Positions 22,443 to 33,068 are shown, counted from the first letter of the stretch. The stretch: 64,000 nt of DNA from an uncultured virus (IMG/VR IMGVR_UViG_3300032116_021735) (IMGVR_UViG_3300032116_021735), one strand, 5' to 3'. Program-made: numbers and translations. The notes: generated by a model from the sequence alone, not told the origin.

Positions 22443-23776
22443 GGATTAACGTCTCTTTCAGTAAGAATTATGCTGTCATTTAATGCGGAATCAAATAATC
22501 CAGGTTTCGTAGTTCTTTGAACTCTTATCCCGCCTCCACGGCATATTTCAGATGCAGAACTTGACAAAGCTGTTATAGAAGAAGAAAGAAAAGACGACGG
22601 AATCATTGAGGGATATTCTACGCTCTGCGCAATAAAACTCACGGTAGATAAGTCGTTAAATGTTGCGCCGCTCGAGAGAAAAGATCTTTCATCCCTAGCT
22701 TTTATAATTGATCTGTTTTGTTTTTTAGACTCACTTCTCAAGTATCCGCCGTATGCAATTGAATCCGTCCCTTTTACAGCCTGATCATAGGTAAATCCAC
22801 AAGTTGCAGATCTTTCCTTCGATGTTACGTAAGTGGTTCCACCGGGCGGAAGATCTTCAAGAGCAGATATCAAGTCTTCCGTGTAGGAAGAATTCGGTTT
22901 TTCTCCCCTCGTATAGCGAGCATCCTCAAAGAATGAGATGCCGTTCTCTCCAGTTGAAGCATATCCTAGCGAAGGACCAACAATCACGCCGCCCCCGTTT
23001 TCATCTGGCATTCCGATCAGATCTACTGCATCGAAATAGGGCGACTTATTTGTCCTTGATGGTTCGAAGTAGTCGACCGACAACACTTGATCTGAGTACA
23101 GAAGAATTGTGGTGTTTCCATTTCCGAACTCTCCGCGGGTCGCGTGCGGCTCGAATGGGAAATTAATTGAAGAATTTGAAATTACAGGTCTTATCGGGAA
23201 AGGCTCTATGATTCCGTTTAAGACGAGATTTTCTTCTTGATTGCTGTTGGAGGTGACTATGGGGTAGACTATGTTATTTGAACTACCTCCGATTTCAACA
23301 AAAGTGACAGGATTGAAAGTCTCTACCTCGTAGTAGACGTCAGGAGACAGTATGTCAAAATCTGTGTATCCATATCTCTGAGAATCGTACAAGTGACCCG
23401 GTGTTCCGGCAGTTATCTTGGCAACACCAGCCGTCCAGTGCTTCTCCTGCGTTATTTCTATTCCGTTCTTGTAGGAGTCTATGCTCCCAGATATCAGATA
23501 GTCATTTGAAGATGCTAGAATTTTTCTATCATTACCGCTCGCATCTGTGACAGTCGAGCTTGTCAAGTAAAGGCTGTGGCCGTACTCCAGGTCATCTTTA
23601 ACTATCCTCTTTCTGGACATTAGACCCGAAACTGCATTTGACCCAGAAATTCTTGACGGAGACGTGGTTTCTAGGAAGCTTCGATTTCGTCTTATCTCTA
23701 TCTGTTCTCTCGTGTTAAAGTAATTACTTTCACAGTCAATATTGATAAAGTCTATCTTTTTTGGTTGCTGACTCAT
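22439..23776 (-). CDS. Putative virion structural protein, 445 aa
   Basis: Operon context between baseplate and fibre genes. Confidence 0.55.
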   Translation of the reverse strand: MSQQPKKIDFINIDCESNYFNTREQIEIRRNRSFLETTSPSRISGSNAVSGLMSRKRIVKDDLEYGHSLYLTSSTVTDASGNDRKILASSNDYLISGSIDSYKNGIEITQEKHWTAGVAKITAGTPGHLYDSQRYGYTDFDILSPDVYYEVETFNPVTFVEIGGSSNNIVYPIVTSNSNQEENLVLNGIIEPFPIRPVISNSSINFPFEPHATRGEFGNGNTTILLYSDQVLSVDYFEPSRTNKSPYFDAVDLIGMPDENGGGVIVGPSLGYASTGENGISFFEDARYTRGEKPNSSYTEDLISALEDLPPGGTTYVTSKERSATCGFTYDQAVKGTDSIAYGGYLRSESKKQNRSIIKARDERSFLSSGATFNDLSTVSFIAQSVEYPSMIPSSFLSSSITALSSSASEICRGGGIRVQRTTKPGLFDSALNDSIILTERDVNP

Positions 23777-23779
23777 GGC

Positions 23780-26700
23780 CTAGTACTTCTTTAGCTTTCC
23801 GACAATTTGTTGAACCAATAAGCTGTCTTCTATTACCTGCCTATCTCCGAGGTAATTGTCGCTGTGTCTGTACGTGTTCTTGTGCCTTTCAAGAACGTGA
23901 GACTCAACTACAAAATTGGTTCCCTTGTAAAGAGTTTTGCTTGGTATGAGCTGTTCGATGAAAGACGACATCGATACATCAAACCATCGATAAAACTCGA
24001 GAAACTTTCTAAAATCTGGTTTTCCTGAGAGTCTGTTGAAATAGACGTCTCTCAGTCTCTCAAGGTCTGGGTAGTCTGGTGAGAACATCAGCTCTGGTGC
24101 GCCTAGCGCATTATTCAAAGCGTCAAATGACGAGAACATGGAGATTATGTCTTTGTCTAGAGAGTCTACCATTGAAAATTCGATGGATAGCCTTAAGTCG
24201 TCAACGGGCTCCTCTTGTAAGAATCTCTCGTTACTTAAGAAGCTGGGCGCCGGTATTGCCCAGGGATTCTCTTCTATTAGATCGTTGCTCTCAAAACTTC
24301 TGATTCTAATCTTGTCGTCAGTTGCGGCTTCATCAAAGAACGGAGAAAGATATGAATAGTTGAATATCTCTCCAGAGAGAACCTTTTCTCCAGGTGAGAA
24401 ACCACTGCCTGTAGCTTCCAAATTATTCTTGCTAAAATCAAGAAACTGTATATTTCCTAGATTGTCTGAGTTTTTTTGAGGTTGCTTTTGAAGCGTGTCC
24501 AGACGTAACTTCTGGAAAGATCCTGAAGCTTTATTGATAAAATTGTAGTTTACTAAGGGATTGTTGACACCAACAGACTTCGGATTTCTTACGTGCTCTT
24601 TCCACTCTTCCGCAGTCATAGATTTTGTCCAAAATCTAAGATTACCAGCTCTGCCTACGAATTCTGTCGTTCTTGCAACGTCGTCGACGTTTAGCGTGTC
24701 ATTCAAGAACAGGTATCCAATTCCTTCGGGAATTGTCTGATTAGATCCAATCGATATAAAGGAGCCCGAAGAATTGTACTGTATCGATCCAGTTCTAAAA
24801 ATATTCCCAGCGTTAGCTGGGTCTTCTTGAAAGTATGATGCGGTAACATAAGCATCTGAAAGCTCTCCTGATTCACACTTTCCAACCCTGAGATAGTAAG
24901 AAGAAGAAACGTCTGATTCTATTTCGTCGTTTCTTTTACATCCGAGCGACACATTCCAGACGTCTCCGTCAAATATTCCTTTTCCTCTCATGTCAATGTT
25001 GAGAGAAAGCACGGGAGAATTAGACGACATGCCAGGTCTCAAGAATGCCTTGATGGATGCAGGCTGCTTTGGATATTCTTTGTTCTGTACGGCTACAACG
25101 TTTGCAATAAGACCAGGACCTGACGTAACATTGCTGCCCGTTACAAATATCCTAAAGATAGATTGACCTTCTGCGCTTGTCGCTTGAGATAATTTTTGGG
25201 GAGGAATTTTGAATATTGCCTCCATGTTCCAAGAGCCCGACGTCAATAGACCGTCCCATTGATAGTCAGTTCCTAGATTGACGCCAAGATCATTTTTATA
25301 AAAATTACCTCTCGGTAAAGGGAACCCAGGTTCAACTCTAGAAGACGATAGCGGGTAAGTAACTACGAGGGAAGAAGTTAGAAAATCGACCATCGCAAGC
25401 GACTCTATCCTCTTTTCTCTTGATGAAGACAGCTGCTTTATGGATGATCCACCGTATTCTCTTATTCTAATGCTGTTATCAGGATCTATTCCAATCGATC
25501 TCAAGAAAGATCTTATGCTGTGTTGAGTACCTTTTGACCTGATGATGTCAGGCATGTTTATTAGCACTCTTCGTGTTAAAATTGATTGTATCTTCTTTAG
25601 CGGAGTTTCAAAATTTGTTAAACCCTCTATTGCCTGACCCTCAGCAAATTGTTCAACTGTAGAATTGTTAAAGAACTTAGGAAGATAGAAGCCATAGTGT
25701 CTAATCATGTCTTCTAGAAAGTTGTCTGGTATGCTCTCTTCGTCGTTGTAGCTTACCGTCTTGAGAGTCACAAAAGCGTCTATGTAAGTTTTAATCTCAT
25801 CAAAGAATTTTGCCCAAATGTAAAGAAAAGACAGAATTATCTGTACAGAGCCTCTCTTTCCTTGACCCGGTATCCCTTCTCCTCCGTAAGGACTACCTCC
25901 TTCTCCTTCGATCGTGTTAAATCCATCCTGAGAAGCACCCTCGAGAAGATAGTGCTGCGGGATTAATTTAATAATATTGTTGGGATTATTTCTGTCGAAG
26001 TTGCTTGCTGACAAGAGCAAGCTTGCGTTTAGATTTAAAATCTCAGAGTAAGCAGGAAATAATATTTTTTGAAAGTCGCTTCTTTCATTGACAAGCAGGT
26101 TACCTTCTTGGTCAGATGCATTAATTCTAAGATCGCTATTGAAATTATTCACATTTGCATGCAAAGAATTACCAGAACTGTCAAGGACAATTGAATCAAT
26201 TGAAGAATTTCCATTCAAAGAAAGAGAACCGGAGGGTTCATTAAATCTATAATATAGCTTCAAATCAGGGGTCGAGTATAGACCCATCGAAGAGAAGAGT
26301 TTTTGAGTTTTTTCATCTCTGACAGAGTGAAAAACTCTTAGTTCATCCATCGTTCCGCTTAGAGTTTGAGTTGGACTAACAAGTGTATCACCTGAATAGA
26401 AGGAGCTGCCTGACCCTATCAAGAAGTTTGAATTGTCTATGTTTAACTTTTTAATTCTTAAAGAATTGAAACTTTGTGAGGCAAGAGTTTCGTTTACATA
26501 GAACTGTAGGACATCTTCCCTTGTGTCTTGTTTGTTAAGAATTAAGCATAGATGATTGTATTTGCCTTTTGCTAGTGTTGCAGTAACATTATTTCTTACA
26601 GATCCGGAAGCAACGCAGAATACAGCATTTGTGTATTCTGTCGATGAAGAGGGCTCTAGGTAAAAAGTAAAACCATCTATCAGTGACGATGTTTTTTGAA

Positions 26701-27277
26701 TTACAATCTGTGTGTCATTCGTAATTGTTGGTAAAAATAGTAAAATCTCCAAAGAAAGAGAATCACCATCCCCGGGATTTAATACGGGCTCTCCCTTCTT
26801 GTTCTTTGCGAGGTCGGGATACAACGTTCCAGATTTATCCTTGACAGATATCCAGTTGCCGCTGTTAGATGAAGGAATTTCTCCTACTTGCGTGCCAGAA
26901 AAGTGAAGAGCTCCCGACCACGTAGGAAAAGAATCAAATACCCACTTCTCATATCCCGTAAGAGAATCTAAAAATTCTTCTACTTCTTTTTTTGTTCCAT
27001 CAAAGGGATAACCATTAATGATTCTATTGAATGCTTCGTTAACTTTGACCTCTGCCGAAGAGAAAAATGTATGATTTTCAAACTTCGACCAGTCTAGATT
27101 TATCTGCTGTGTGCTTTTTAATGGATAGTCTAGTGGATCGTATTTAAAAGAATTTTCACTTTCGCTGTTAGAGTCCGAAAGATTAAAGTCTGAGTAGCTT
27201 AGCTGTATGGGCCTGGTGTCCCTAATTGAGCTTTTTATGAAAGAAGGTACAAAAGGAGAGTTGGATCTAGTTGTCAT
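23780..27277 (-). CDS. Large baseplate-associated protein with LamG-like domains (1165 aa)
   Basis: LSGTMDELRVFHSVR..LKLYYRFNE LamG-like signature; 'IIRSKGTQHSIRSFLRSIGI' resembles the KGT motif of P2 gpI/tail-formation wedge proteins; SD AAGGAG upstream. Confidence 0.65.
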   Translation of the reverse strand: MTTRSNSPFVPSFIKSSIRDTRPIQLSYSDFNLSDSNSESENSFKYDPLDYPLKSTQQINLDWSKFENHTFFSSAEVKVNEAFNRIINGYPFDGTKKEVEEFLDSLTGYEKWVFDSFPTWSGALHFSGTQVGEIPSSNSGNWISVKDKSGTLYPDLAKNKKGEPVLNPGDGDSLSLEILLFLPTITNDTQIVIQKTSSLIDGFTFYLEPSSSTEYTNAVFCVASGSVRNNVTATLAKGKYNHLCLILNKQDTREDVLQFYVNETLASQSFNSLRIKKLNIDNSNFLIGSGSSFYSGDTLVSPTQTLSGTMDELRVFHSVRDEKTQKLFSSMGLYSTPDLKLYYRFNEPSGSLSLNGNSSIDSIVLDSSGNSLHANVNNFNSDLRINASDQEGNLLVNERSDFQKILFPAYSEILNLNASLLLSASNFDRNNPNNIIKLIPQHYLLEGASQDGFNTIEGEGGSPYGGEGIPGQGKRGSVQIILSFLYIWAKFFDEIKTYIDAFVTLKTVSYNDEESIPDNFLEDMIRHYGFYLPKFFNNSTVEQFAEGQAIEGLTNFETPLKKIQSILTRRVLINMPDIIRSKGTQHSIRSFLRSIGIDPDNSIRIREYGGSSIKQLSSSREKRIESLAMVDFLTSSLVVTYPLSSSRVEPGFPLPRGNFYKNDLGVNLGTDYQWDGLLTSGSWNMEAIFKIPPQKLSQATSAEGQSIFRIFVTGSNVTSGPGLIANVVAVQNKEYPKQPASIKAFLRPGMSSNSPVLSLNIDMRGKGIFDGDVWNVSLGCKRNDEIESDVSSSYYLRVGKCESGELSDAYVTASYFQEDPANAGNIFRTGSIQYNSSGSFISIGSNQTIPEGIGYLFLNDTLNVDDVARTTEFVGRAGNLRFWTKSMTAEEWKEHVRNPKSVGVNNPLVNYNFINKASGSFQKLRLDTLQKQPQKNSDNLGNIQFLDFSKNNLEATGSGFSPGEKVLSGEIFNYSYLSPFFDEAATDDKIRIRSFESNDLIEENPWAIPAPSFLSNERFLQEEPVDDLRLSIEFSMVDSLDKDIISMFSSFDALNNALGAPELMFSPDYPDLERLRDVYFNRLSGKPDFRKFLEFYRWFDVSMSSFIEQLIPSKTLYKGTNFVVESHVLERHKNTYRHSDNYLGDRQVIEDSLLVQQIVGKLKKY

Positions 27278-27289
27278 TTATTTCTCCTT

Positions 27290-28819
27290 TCAAGATGCAT
27301 AAAAAGATCTTTCGATTTTAAAAATCGGGGAGACGTCTCGAAACAGCTTTTTGATCCCATTGTGAGATATTAGAACATCTATGACATAAGTTCGACCAGG
27401 AGACAAATTTGAAGCGTCAAGATTAAAAAACATACCGCTTGAATCGCTCGAGATTCTTGTTGAATTTTTCTCTTCATCAAACGGGACTATTGTATTTCCC
27501 GATACAGCGTCTCTTATTTGGTAAAAAACATTTCTTATTACAGCACGTGGAGACTCTACTGGGAGCTTAGAAATCTTAATTCCTGGGTGGGATGCATCAA
27601 ATATGTTGACTCTCACCGTCTGTTCTTCGTTGTCAAAGTACGAATCTTTGATATCTGTGATGGTGACAGTATAGTTCTTTATGCTTCTAGTAGAGTTACG
27701 ATGCGGAGACGAAAAAGTAAGAGTGCTTCCTGTCAAGTAATCGACTGTTCCGTCAATAGAAGACCAGACCGGGGTGAAATCTACGGATCCAGACTGTAAT
27801 ATCTTTGTTTTTATAACGGGGTCGTTTGAAGAGAGGTTCACGACAGAGGAATATGTTCCTGTCAAGTACGTCGAACCCAAAGAAAATTGAGAACCAGAAA
27901 ACTGAGTTTTATAAAATCCTCCTGAAACTTCTGTAAGAAGACTGAGTACAACACAATTGCTCCCAGTTACTTCTGACAAAGAACTGCCTGAAAGGATGTT
28001 GCTCAGAGATCCTGCAGCGTAGTTGTAAAGATTGAGATTGCAGTTTGTATCAAAAGTTAGATTTTGTGAATCATCTGAGATTGAATCGTCAAATCCGATC
28101 GTCAGTCTCGGTCTTTTTAATTCGCTATATGCTGTCCTTGAGGCAAATCTTTTTACGAAATAAGTTTGATTATTGTCTTCAATTGAATTTTTAAAACTTA
28201 TTCTGAGACCACTATCCGGAAGCTCCCCGGTAAGCGTGGCAGACATTATCTTTGTCACATCTACTAGAAGCTCTTCTTCACCGCTCTGAAATCTTTGTGT
28301 GACTTCTGTGTTTGGTATGCTTACTGAACTAGTTATGTAGTCTCCTGCGCTAGTCGCGTCAACCGAAAGATTGCATCCCGGTAAATACCAACTATTTCCT
28401 AACGAAGCAGTAATCCAGTTGCAGGCATCGTAATCAGAGAAATAAGATATGTCTTTTCCTACTCCTTCGTCAAATGACGAAGATAAAGGAAAAACACTGA
28501 CATCAAAATTGCTGGGAGTTGTCTGTCCACCGTAGACATCGCTTAAGTGTACTTTGCACCAAAAGCTGGAGTCACTTACATCCAGCTTACCTTGTTTCAC
28601 AAGAGACTTTATAGAAGAAAGATCAAAGTGAATCAGAATTCTTGAAATTTCTGTGTTTGGAGAAGATCCTGAAAAAGTAGATCCGTAAAGTTTAAACAGG
28701 TCAAGAGTTCCTGCCCCTCCGGTGTTTGAGTTGTTCTTTCTTTCTCCTCTAACTACCTTGTTTGTAATGTAGGCGTCTTTGTCTGCTTTGACTATTTTAA
28801 ACATATCTTTTCCTATCAA
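27290..28819 (-). CDS. Putative baseplate-associated structural protein (509 aa; start may be ATG at 28804)
   Basis: Directly downstream of the gp6-like gene; KADKDAYIT..SRILIHFDLS..FASR..RPRLTI resembles DNRLRE-type beta-sandwich virion domains. Confidence 0.6.
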   Translation of the reverse strand: MIGKDMFKIVKADKDAYITNKVVRGERKNNSNTGGAGTLDLFKLYGSTFSGSSPNTEISRILIHFDLSSIKSLVKQGKLDVSDSSFWCKVHLSDVYGGQTTPSNFDVSVFPLSSSFDEGVGKDISYFSDYDACNWITASLGNSWYLPGCNLSVDATSAGDYITSSVSIPNTEVTQRFQSGEEELLVDVTKIMSATLTGELPDSGLRISFKNSIEDNNQTYFVKRFASRTAYSELKRPRLTIGFDDSISDDSQNLTFDTNCNLNLYNYAAGSLSNILSGSSLSEVTGSNCVVLSLLTEVSGGFYKTQFSGSQFSLGSTYLTGTYSSVVNLSSNDPVIKTKILQSGSVDFTPVWSSIDGTVDYLTGSTLTFSSPHRNSTRSIKNYTVTITDIKDSYFDNEEQTVRVNIFDASHPGIKISKLPVESPRAVIRNVFYQIRDAVSGNTIVPFDEEKNSTRISSDSSGMFFNLDASNLSPGRTYVIDVLISHNGIKKLFRDVSPIFKIERSFYAS

Positions 28820-30687
28820 AGGTTAGTGACGCATTTACCCACGATATTGATGTCTGGGTACTTAATTTCAAAAATTGCACCTTCCGGGGGATAAACGATC
28901 TGATTCTTAGTGTTCAACTGTACATCGAATATCACGGGAGAATATTGCCTGTTCTTTACGTTTCCGTAAAGATTGTTAATTTTTATTGAATCTACAGAGA
29001 TAACTCCCTTTTTTGAAAAAATTGTCGAGATGATATCTGATATAACGATTGGCTGTCCTATGTGAAAATTAGTTATTGAGAATTGGGACTTAAGATCTGC
29101 TATTATGCTCTGTAAAACTAGCTGTTTGTTAAGTGAAGGATCTACTACTATTTGAAAGAAAATCTCAAGGTTTATTACACCAGCATCCATTACATCGATT
29201 GCATCCGATATCATTCTATATGAACTAAGATATCTCTTTAGATTTATCTTTAGTTCGTCAGGAGAAGTTATCAATTGATTTTCTGTATTTCTTGATATTA
29301 TAAAGAGGCGAGAAGCCAAGGGATTGTCTGGGTTCTTTACTATTGATGCCCTAAAGACTCTTCCAAGATTGCTTGGCATCGTGTATACTCTTGACAAGAG
29401 ATCTTCTTTAGTTACTATTCTCTCTTGAGAATTTCTGATGGTTGGAACTAAAGCTAGGAGTTCTTCTGCAGTTGGAGCATCTTCACCACCAGAGGCAGGG
29501 AGTGGATTGGTTGCTTCTATTGTGCTTCTGATCTGTGCTTGCTGACCAGGTGAAGGGTTTGAAGGAAAAGAAACTAAAATATTAGTAATACTTCTAATTG
29601 TATTTGCCGGGACGTTATGTGATAGTCCGCCTCCATATCTGTAAGTTACAGACAGGGTTGTATTTGATGCAGCAACTCCAAGAGTTGAAGTTTGTAACAT
29701 TTTCTGGGGATTTACAGGAACTCTTGAAAAAACTTGTGAGTAAGGCAACGGTATAGAAAATTCTGAGGGATCTGGTATTACGTCGTCTTCTAAATTATCC
29801 GCTGTGCCTCCACCAAAAACAAGAGTTGCTTTTCTGTCTCTCAAAGACACTTCTTTAACAAATCTATACGGAGCAGGAATAACCTTAAGATTGTCCTTGA
29901 CAAGTCCCAGTGCGTTTGCGTTGGTCGTATTGTTAAGAACATTTTTGTAAACAACATCGTGTGTTAAATTTTCAACTTCATAATATGTGTTGCCAAGAGC
30001 ATCTGTCACAGATATTATCTGTGTTACATTAGAATTATTGAGAGATAATCTTCTGAATTGTACGAAATTTCCTATCGTGAATGTGTCGGTAGTCTGAACA
30101 CCGGACGTACACAGACCCGACTTTTTTAGAATTTTTGTTACAACTTCTCCGGTTATTCTTCTTCCGTTGATAATTTCTACAGTACTCGAAACAGAAATCT
30201 CTCCTGTAACAGGATTGACATCCCAAAACTGAACGTCTTCCAGCAGTGAAAATTCTATGCCGTTTTCAGATTGAATTGTAGTGCCTGCATTAATAGTCGG
30301 TAAAAGAACTGGGTCTGGGTTTAATGATCCATCTCCCAGAACCGGTATCTCTACATAAAAGTCAATCGTAGCTATCGCAGAAGATGCACCTACGATCGGG
30401 ACTCCTGCATTTCTGAGAGCGCGCTCTATATTTACGGTCTCTACGACTGTGTCGTTATGTAGCTCTCCGTACAAATGATCTAGATAAAACGACATGTTGT
30501 CGCCAATATACGCGGCCATGTCTAAGAAAAGACCACCAAGAGAAGACTCAGAAAAATCTTGAATTCTATCAGGGTAGTATTGTCTAGCATACTCCAGCAA
30601 GACAGCTCTAAAACCATCAAAATCTCTCGCAAGGTAATTTCTTTGCCTTACCGATTTAAGAGCAGTTTTGTTATCTTCAATAGCCAT
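28816..30687 (-). CDS. Baseplate wedge subunit (T4 gp6 / baseplate J-like)
   Basis: YLARDFDGFRAVLLEYARQYYPD..DFSESSLGGLFLDMAAYIGDNMSFYLD N-terminus; ASGGEDA..SQERIVTKED motif; adjacent to gp25-like gene. Confidence 0.88.
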   Translation of the reverse strand: MAIEDNKTALKSVRQRNYLARDFDGFRAVLLEYARQYYPDRIQDFSESSLGGLFLDMAAYIGDNMSFYLDHLYGELHNDTVVETVNIERALRNAGVPIVGASSAIATIDFYVEIPVLGDGSLNPDPVLLPTINAGTTIQSENGIEFSLLEDVQFWDVNPVTGEISVSSTVEIINGRRITGEVVTKILKKSGLCTSGVQTTDTFTIGNFVQFRRLSLNNSNVTQIISVTDALGNTYYEVENLTHDVVYKNVLNNTTNANALGLVKDNLKVIPAPYRFVKEVSLRDRKATLVFGGGTADNLEDDVIPDPSEFSIPLPYSQVFSRVPVNPQKMLQTSTLGVAASNTTLSVTYRYGGGLSHNVPANTIRSITNILVSFPSNPSPGQQAQIRSTIEATNPLPASGGEDAPTAEELLALVPTIRNSQERIVTKEDLLSRVYTMPSNLGRVFRASIVKNPDNPLASRLFIISRNTENQLITSPDELKINLKRYLSSYRMISDAIDVMDAGVINLEIFFQIVVDPSLNKQLVLQSIIADLKSQFSITNFHIGQPIVISDIISTIFSKKGVISVDSIKINNLYGNVKNRQYSPVIFDVQLNTKNQIVYPPEGAIFEIKYPDINIVGKCVTNL

Positions 30688-30717
30688 TTCATGTCCTATC
30701 AGGTAATAAAATATCTG

Positions 30718-31185
30718 TTACATAACATACAAGACTATTTGAAGAGATTTCTTTGTCACTTCAAGTGCGGGTATATTGTATGTGATTGTAATCTTAATAA
30801 TTGCCGTATTTTTATTTTCAATTCTATCTACTGTAGAGGAAAAGTCTTCTAGGTCGATGAAAGGCATCCACTTTTGTACTGCGTTTCTTATTCTGTCAAT
30901 TGCTTCCGTATCAAAAGAATCTTGAGAAACAAATTCTGAAGTCAAGGGCTTTAAATTTGCTCCAAAATCATAATGTCCTAATCTTTCTCCCCAATTTGTC
31001 AGTAAAAGATTTTTTAGATTGTCAGCAAATTGGTCTGCCAAGCTATAGTTCATAGCAAATATGCCCTCGCTAGTTCCGAGCGCTAGCGGTGTCTTAATTC
31101 CAAAAGGTATGCGAGAAACCTCAGGAGTTTCTTCTGCAATTTGCTCTCTTGTCTTTCCAACGCTTTTAAAGCTATAAGCTGCCAT
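30718..31185 (-). CDS. Baseplate wedge protein, gp25/GPW-like
   Basis: NLKNLLLTNWGERLGHYDFGANL..IRNAVQKWMPFI motif of the gp25 family. Confidence 0.88.
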   Translation of the reverse strand: MAAYSFKSVGKTREQIAEETPEVSRIPFGIKTPLALGTSEGIFAMNYSLADQFADNLKNLLLTNWGERLGHYDFGANLKPLTSEFVSQDSFDTEAIDRIRNAVQKWMPFIDLEDFSSTVDRIENKNTAIIKITITYNIPALEVTKKSLQIVLYVM

Positions 31186-31240
31186 ACAGCTTAACTATCG
31201 ATCAATTTAACTTAGAGTACGTAGTTTTTGTTGCCAGAGA

Positions 31241-32713
31241 CTACTTCATTAAAACTTTCTTTGCAAAAGTTCCGAGACTTGTCCCACCCTCAGGAGAAAT
31301 TCCTTGTTTTCCACCCATAGTATCAGTTATACCTCCCGGACATGTTACTAGACCAGGTTTTGCAACGGTTGCTTTTTCACAAAGAACAGCAAGATTTGCT
31401 TCCTCGCCGCCAAGCTTAATGACACCTTCTTCTGAAGGTGTAAACACGATATCTCCATTTGATTTAATGACTATCGAAGACCATCTCTTAGTGTCTCCGC
31501 TTTCATTTTTTATGTCTTTTTTATCGACAGATTCTCCAGAATCAAATCCTGTAACCAGTATCTCCACGTCAGATCTCGCAATCATTCTAATTTTGTCAGA
31601 CTTTATAATGATTGCTGCATCTCCTGTGTCTGAGTCTTTCAAGTCAGGTTTTGAAAATTTGCTGTTATAGCTAGATAGCTTAAAATTCTTATCGACCTCG
31701 GTTCTTTGAGAGACTAAAATTCTACTTCTGTCATTATCAAAGTCAGGGTCTCCTTCTTCTGGTACGAGGTCGTCGATATTCTTTTCTAGCTCTTTCTTTA
31801 ACTCCTTTAAATCTTTTCCTCTTTTGTCTGGGCCCGATCCTATGATGCTAAAGGTCGAGGTTTCTTTTCCAGACGTCTTCTTTGTCTGCCCTCTACCAGC
31901 AACTATGTCTATAGCTCCTGAATCAAATCTAGTCTTCGCTATAGGCCCCTGACGGTCTGTTCCCAAGACCACGAGAGAATTATTGCTTCCTTCTAGAACC
32001 ACATCTCCAGGTCTTTTTCTAAATCTTGGAATTGATGCATAAGACATCAGCTTAGATGCGTCTGATTGAGTTATCAGTTTTTCAAAGATGTCTTCAGGTT
32101 CACCCTTAAGAAAAAGATTGTCGATAGAAGTTCGGCGTTCTCCTGCAACTTTTATTGTTGGTCCATTTCTCAGCTCTCTAATTTTTTGAGAGTCTTGATC
32201 TCCCGATTTCTCTCTTTGTGCTCTTTCCTGCATGGTGAGAGAGTTTCCAACGTCAAGACTAGCTCCAATGTGAGTGTGATTTACATCGTCTGATATGTGA
32301 GGTTCGACCACTCTGCAGAACCAGAATGCCATGTCAGATTGAACGGCGTCAGGCTTTTCAAACATCACCCACATGCATTCTCCCGGCTTGCAAGGCATGG
32401 ATAGGTGTGAAGGAAAAAATGGGAAGACAAACATGGGATTGACGTCTTCTCCAATTTTTTTTGCAATTATTGTGTTTCTAGGGAGAGTATCTGCATATCT
32501 CATGTTTGAGATGCCCAGAGATTGCCACTCAGTTTTTTTGTTCTCGCTTTTTAGAGACGTATTAGGATCAGAGATGACATCCAGAACTATCATTCTGACA
32601 AATGTGGAGGCTGCAGGAGGAGAATGTATGTAATTGTCAGAATCAAAACTTCCTTCTGCTATTTGTCGAAGATTGTCAGAAAATTTTGTCTTCGTAGAAG
32701 ATTTAAGAGTCAT
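31241..32713 (-). CDS. Putative baseplate hub/spike protein (gp5/VgrG-like OB-fold N-terminus)
   Basis: PFFPSHLSMPCKPGECMWVMF and PGDVVLEGSNNSLVVLG, plus C-terminal beta-repeat-like IIKSDKIRMIAR..SIVIKSNGDIVF..IKLG; sits immediately before gp25/gp6. Confidence 0.6.
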   Translation of the reverse strand: MTLKSSTKTKFSDNLRQIAEGSFDSDNYIHSPPAASTFVRMIVLDVISDPNTSLKSENKKTEWQSLGISNMRYADTLPRNTIIAKKIGEDVNPMFVFPFFPSHLSMPCKPGECMWVMFEKPDAVQSDMAFWFCRVVEPHISDDVNHTHIGASLDVGNSLTMQERAQREKSGDQDSQKIRELRNGPTIKVAGERRTSIDNLFLKGEPEDIFEKLITQSDASKLMSYASIPRFRKRPGDVVLEGSNNSLVVLGTDRQGPIAKTRFDSGAIDIVAGRGQTKKTSGKETSTFSIIGSGPDKRGKDLKELKKELEKNIDDLVPEEGDPDFDNDRSRILVSQRTEVDKNFKLSSYNSKFSKPDLKDSDTGDAAIIIKSDKIRMIARSDVEILVTGFDSGESVDKKDIKNESGDTKRWSSIVIKSNGDIVFTPSEEGVIKLGGEEANLAVLCEKATVAKPGLVTCPGGITDTMGGKQGISPEGGTSLGTFAKKVLMK

Positions 32714-32717
32714 TCAA

Positions 32718-33068
32718 TCAAGATCCTATCTTTTTAAACATTTCTTCCGCGTCAATTTCTTCTTCTTGCTTTTGCTCAGATTTTGAAACTAATTCTGCGA
32801 GCTTTATGATTTGATCATTTGCTCGACTCATTCTCTCTATGTAGGTGGCCATTGTTTTTCCATGAATGGCGTGCTCAGTGCTTTTGTCTTGAACCATTTC
32901 CACGAGCGTAGTGAACAAGACGTATGCATTCTGCCTATCAGTTACAGCATTTTCATAAATCTCTTTCCAGAGTCTTTTTTTCTTATCAGTTACACCGTCC
33001 AGCTGTTGCAATAGATCAGAAAAATCTTTGATTTTTTCGTCTAAAGTCATTGTCTTGTCTTTTTTCAT
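32718..33068 (-). CDS. Hypothetical helical protein (116 aa)
   Basis: Clean ORF with SD AGGAG, between the sigma-like gene and baseplate genes. Confidence 0.65.
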   Translation of the reverse strand: MKKDKTMTLDEKIKDFSDLLQQLDGVTDKKKRLWKEIYENAVTDRQNAYVLFTTLVEMVQDKSTEHAIHGKTMATYIERMSRANDQIIKLAELVSKSEQKQEEEIDAEEMFKKIGS

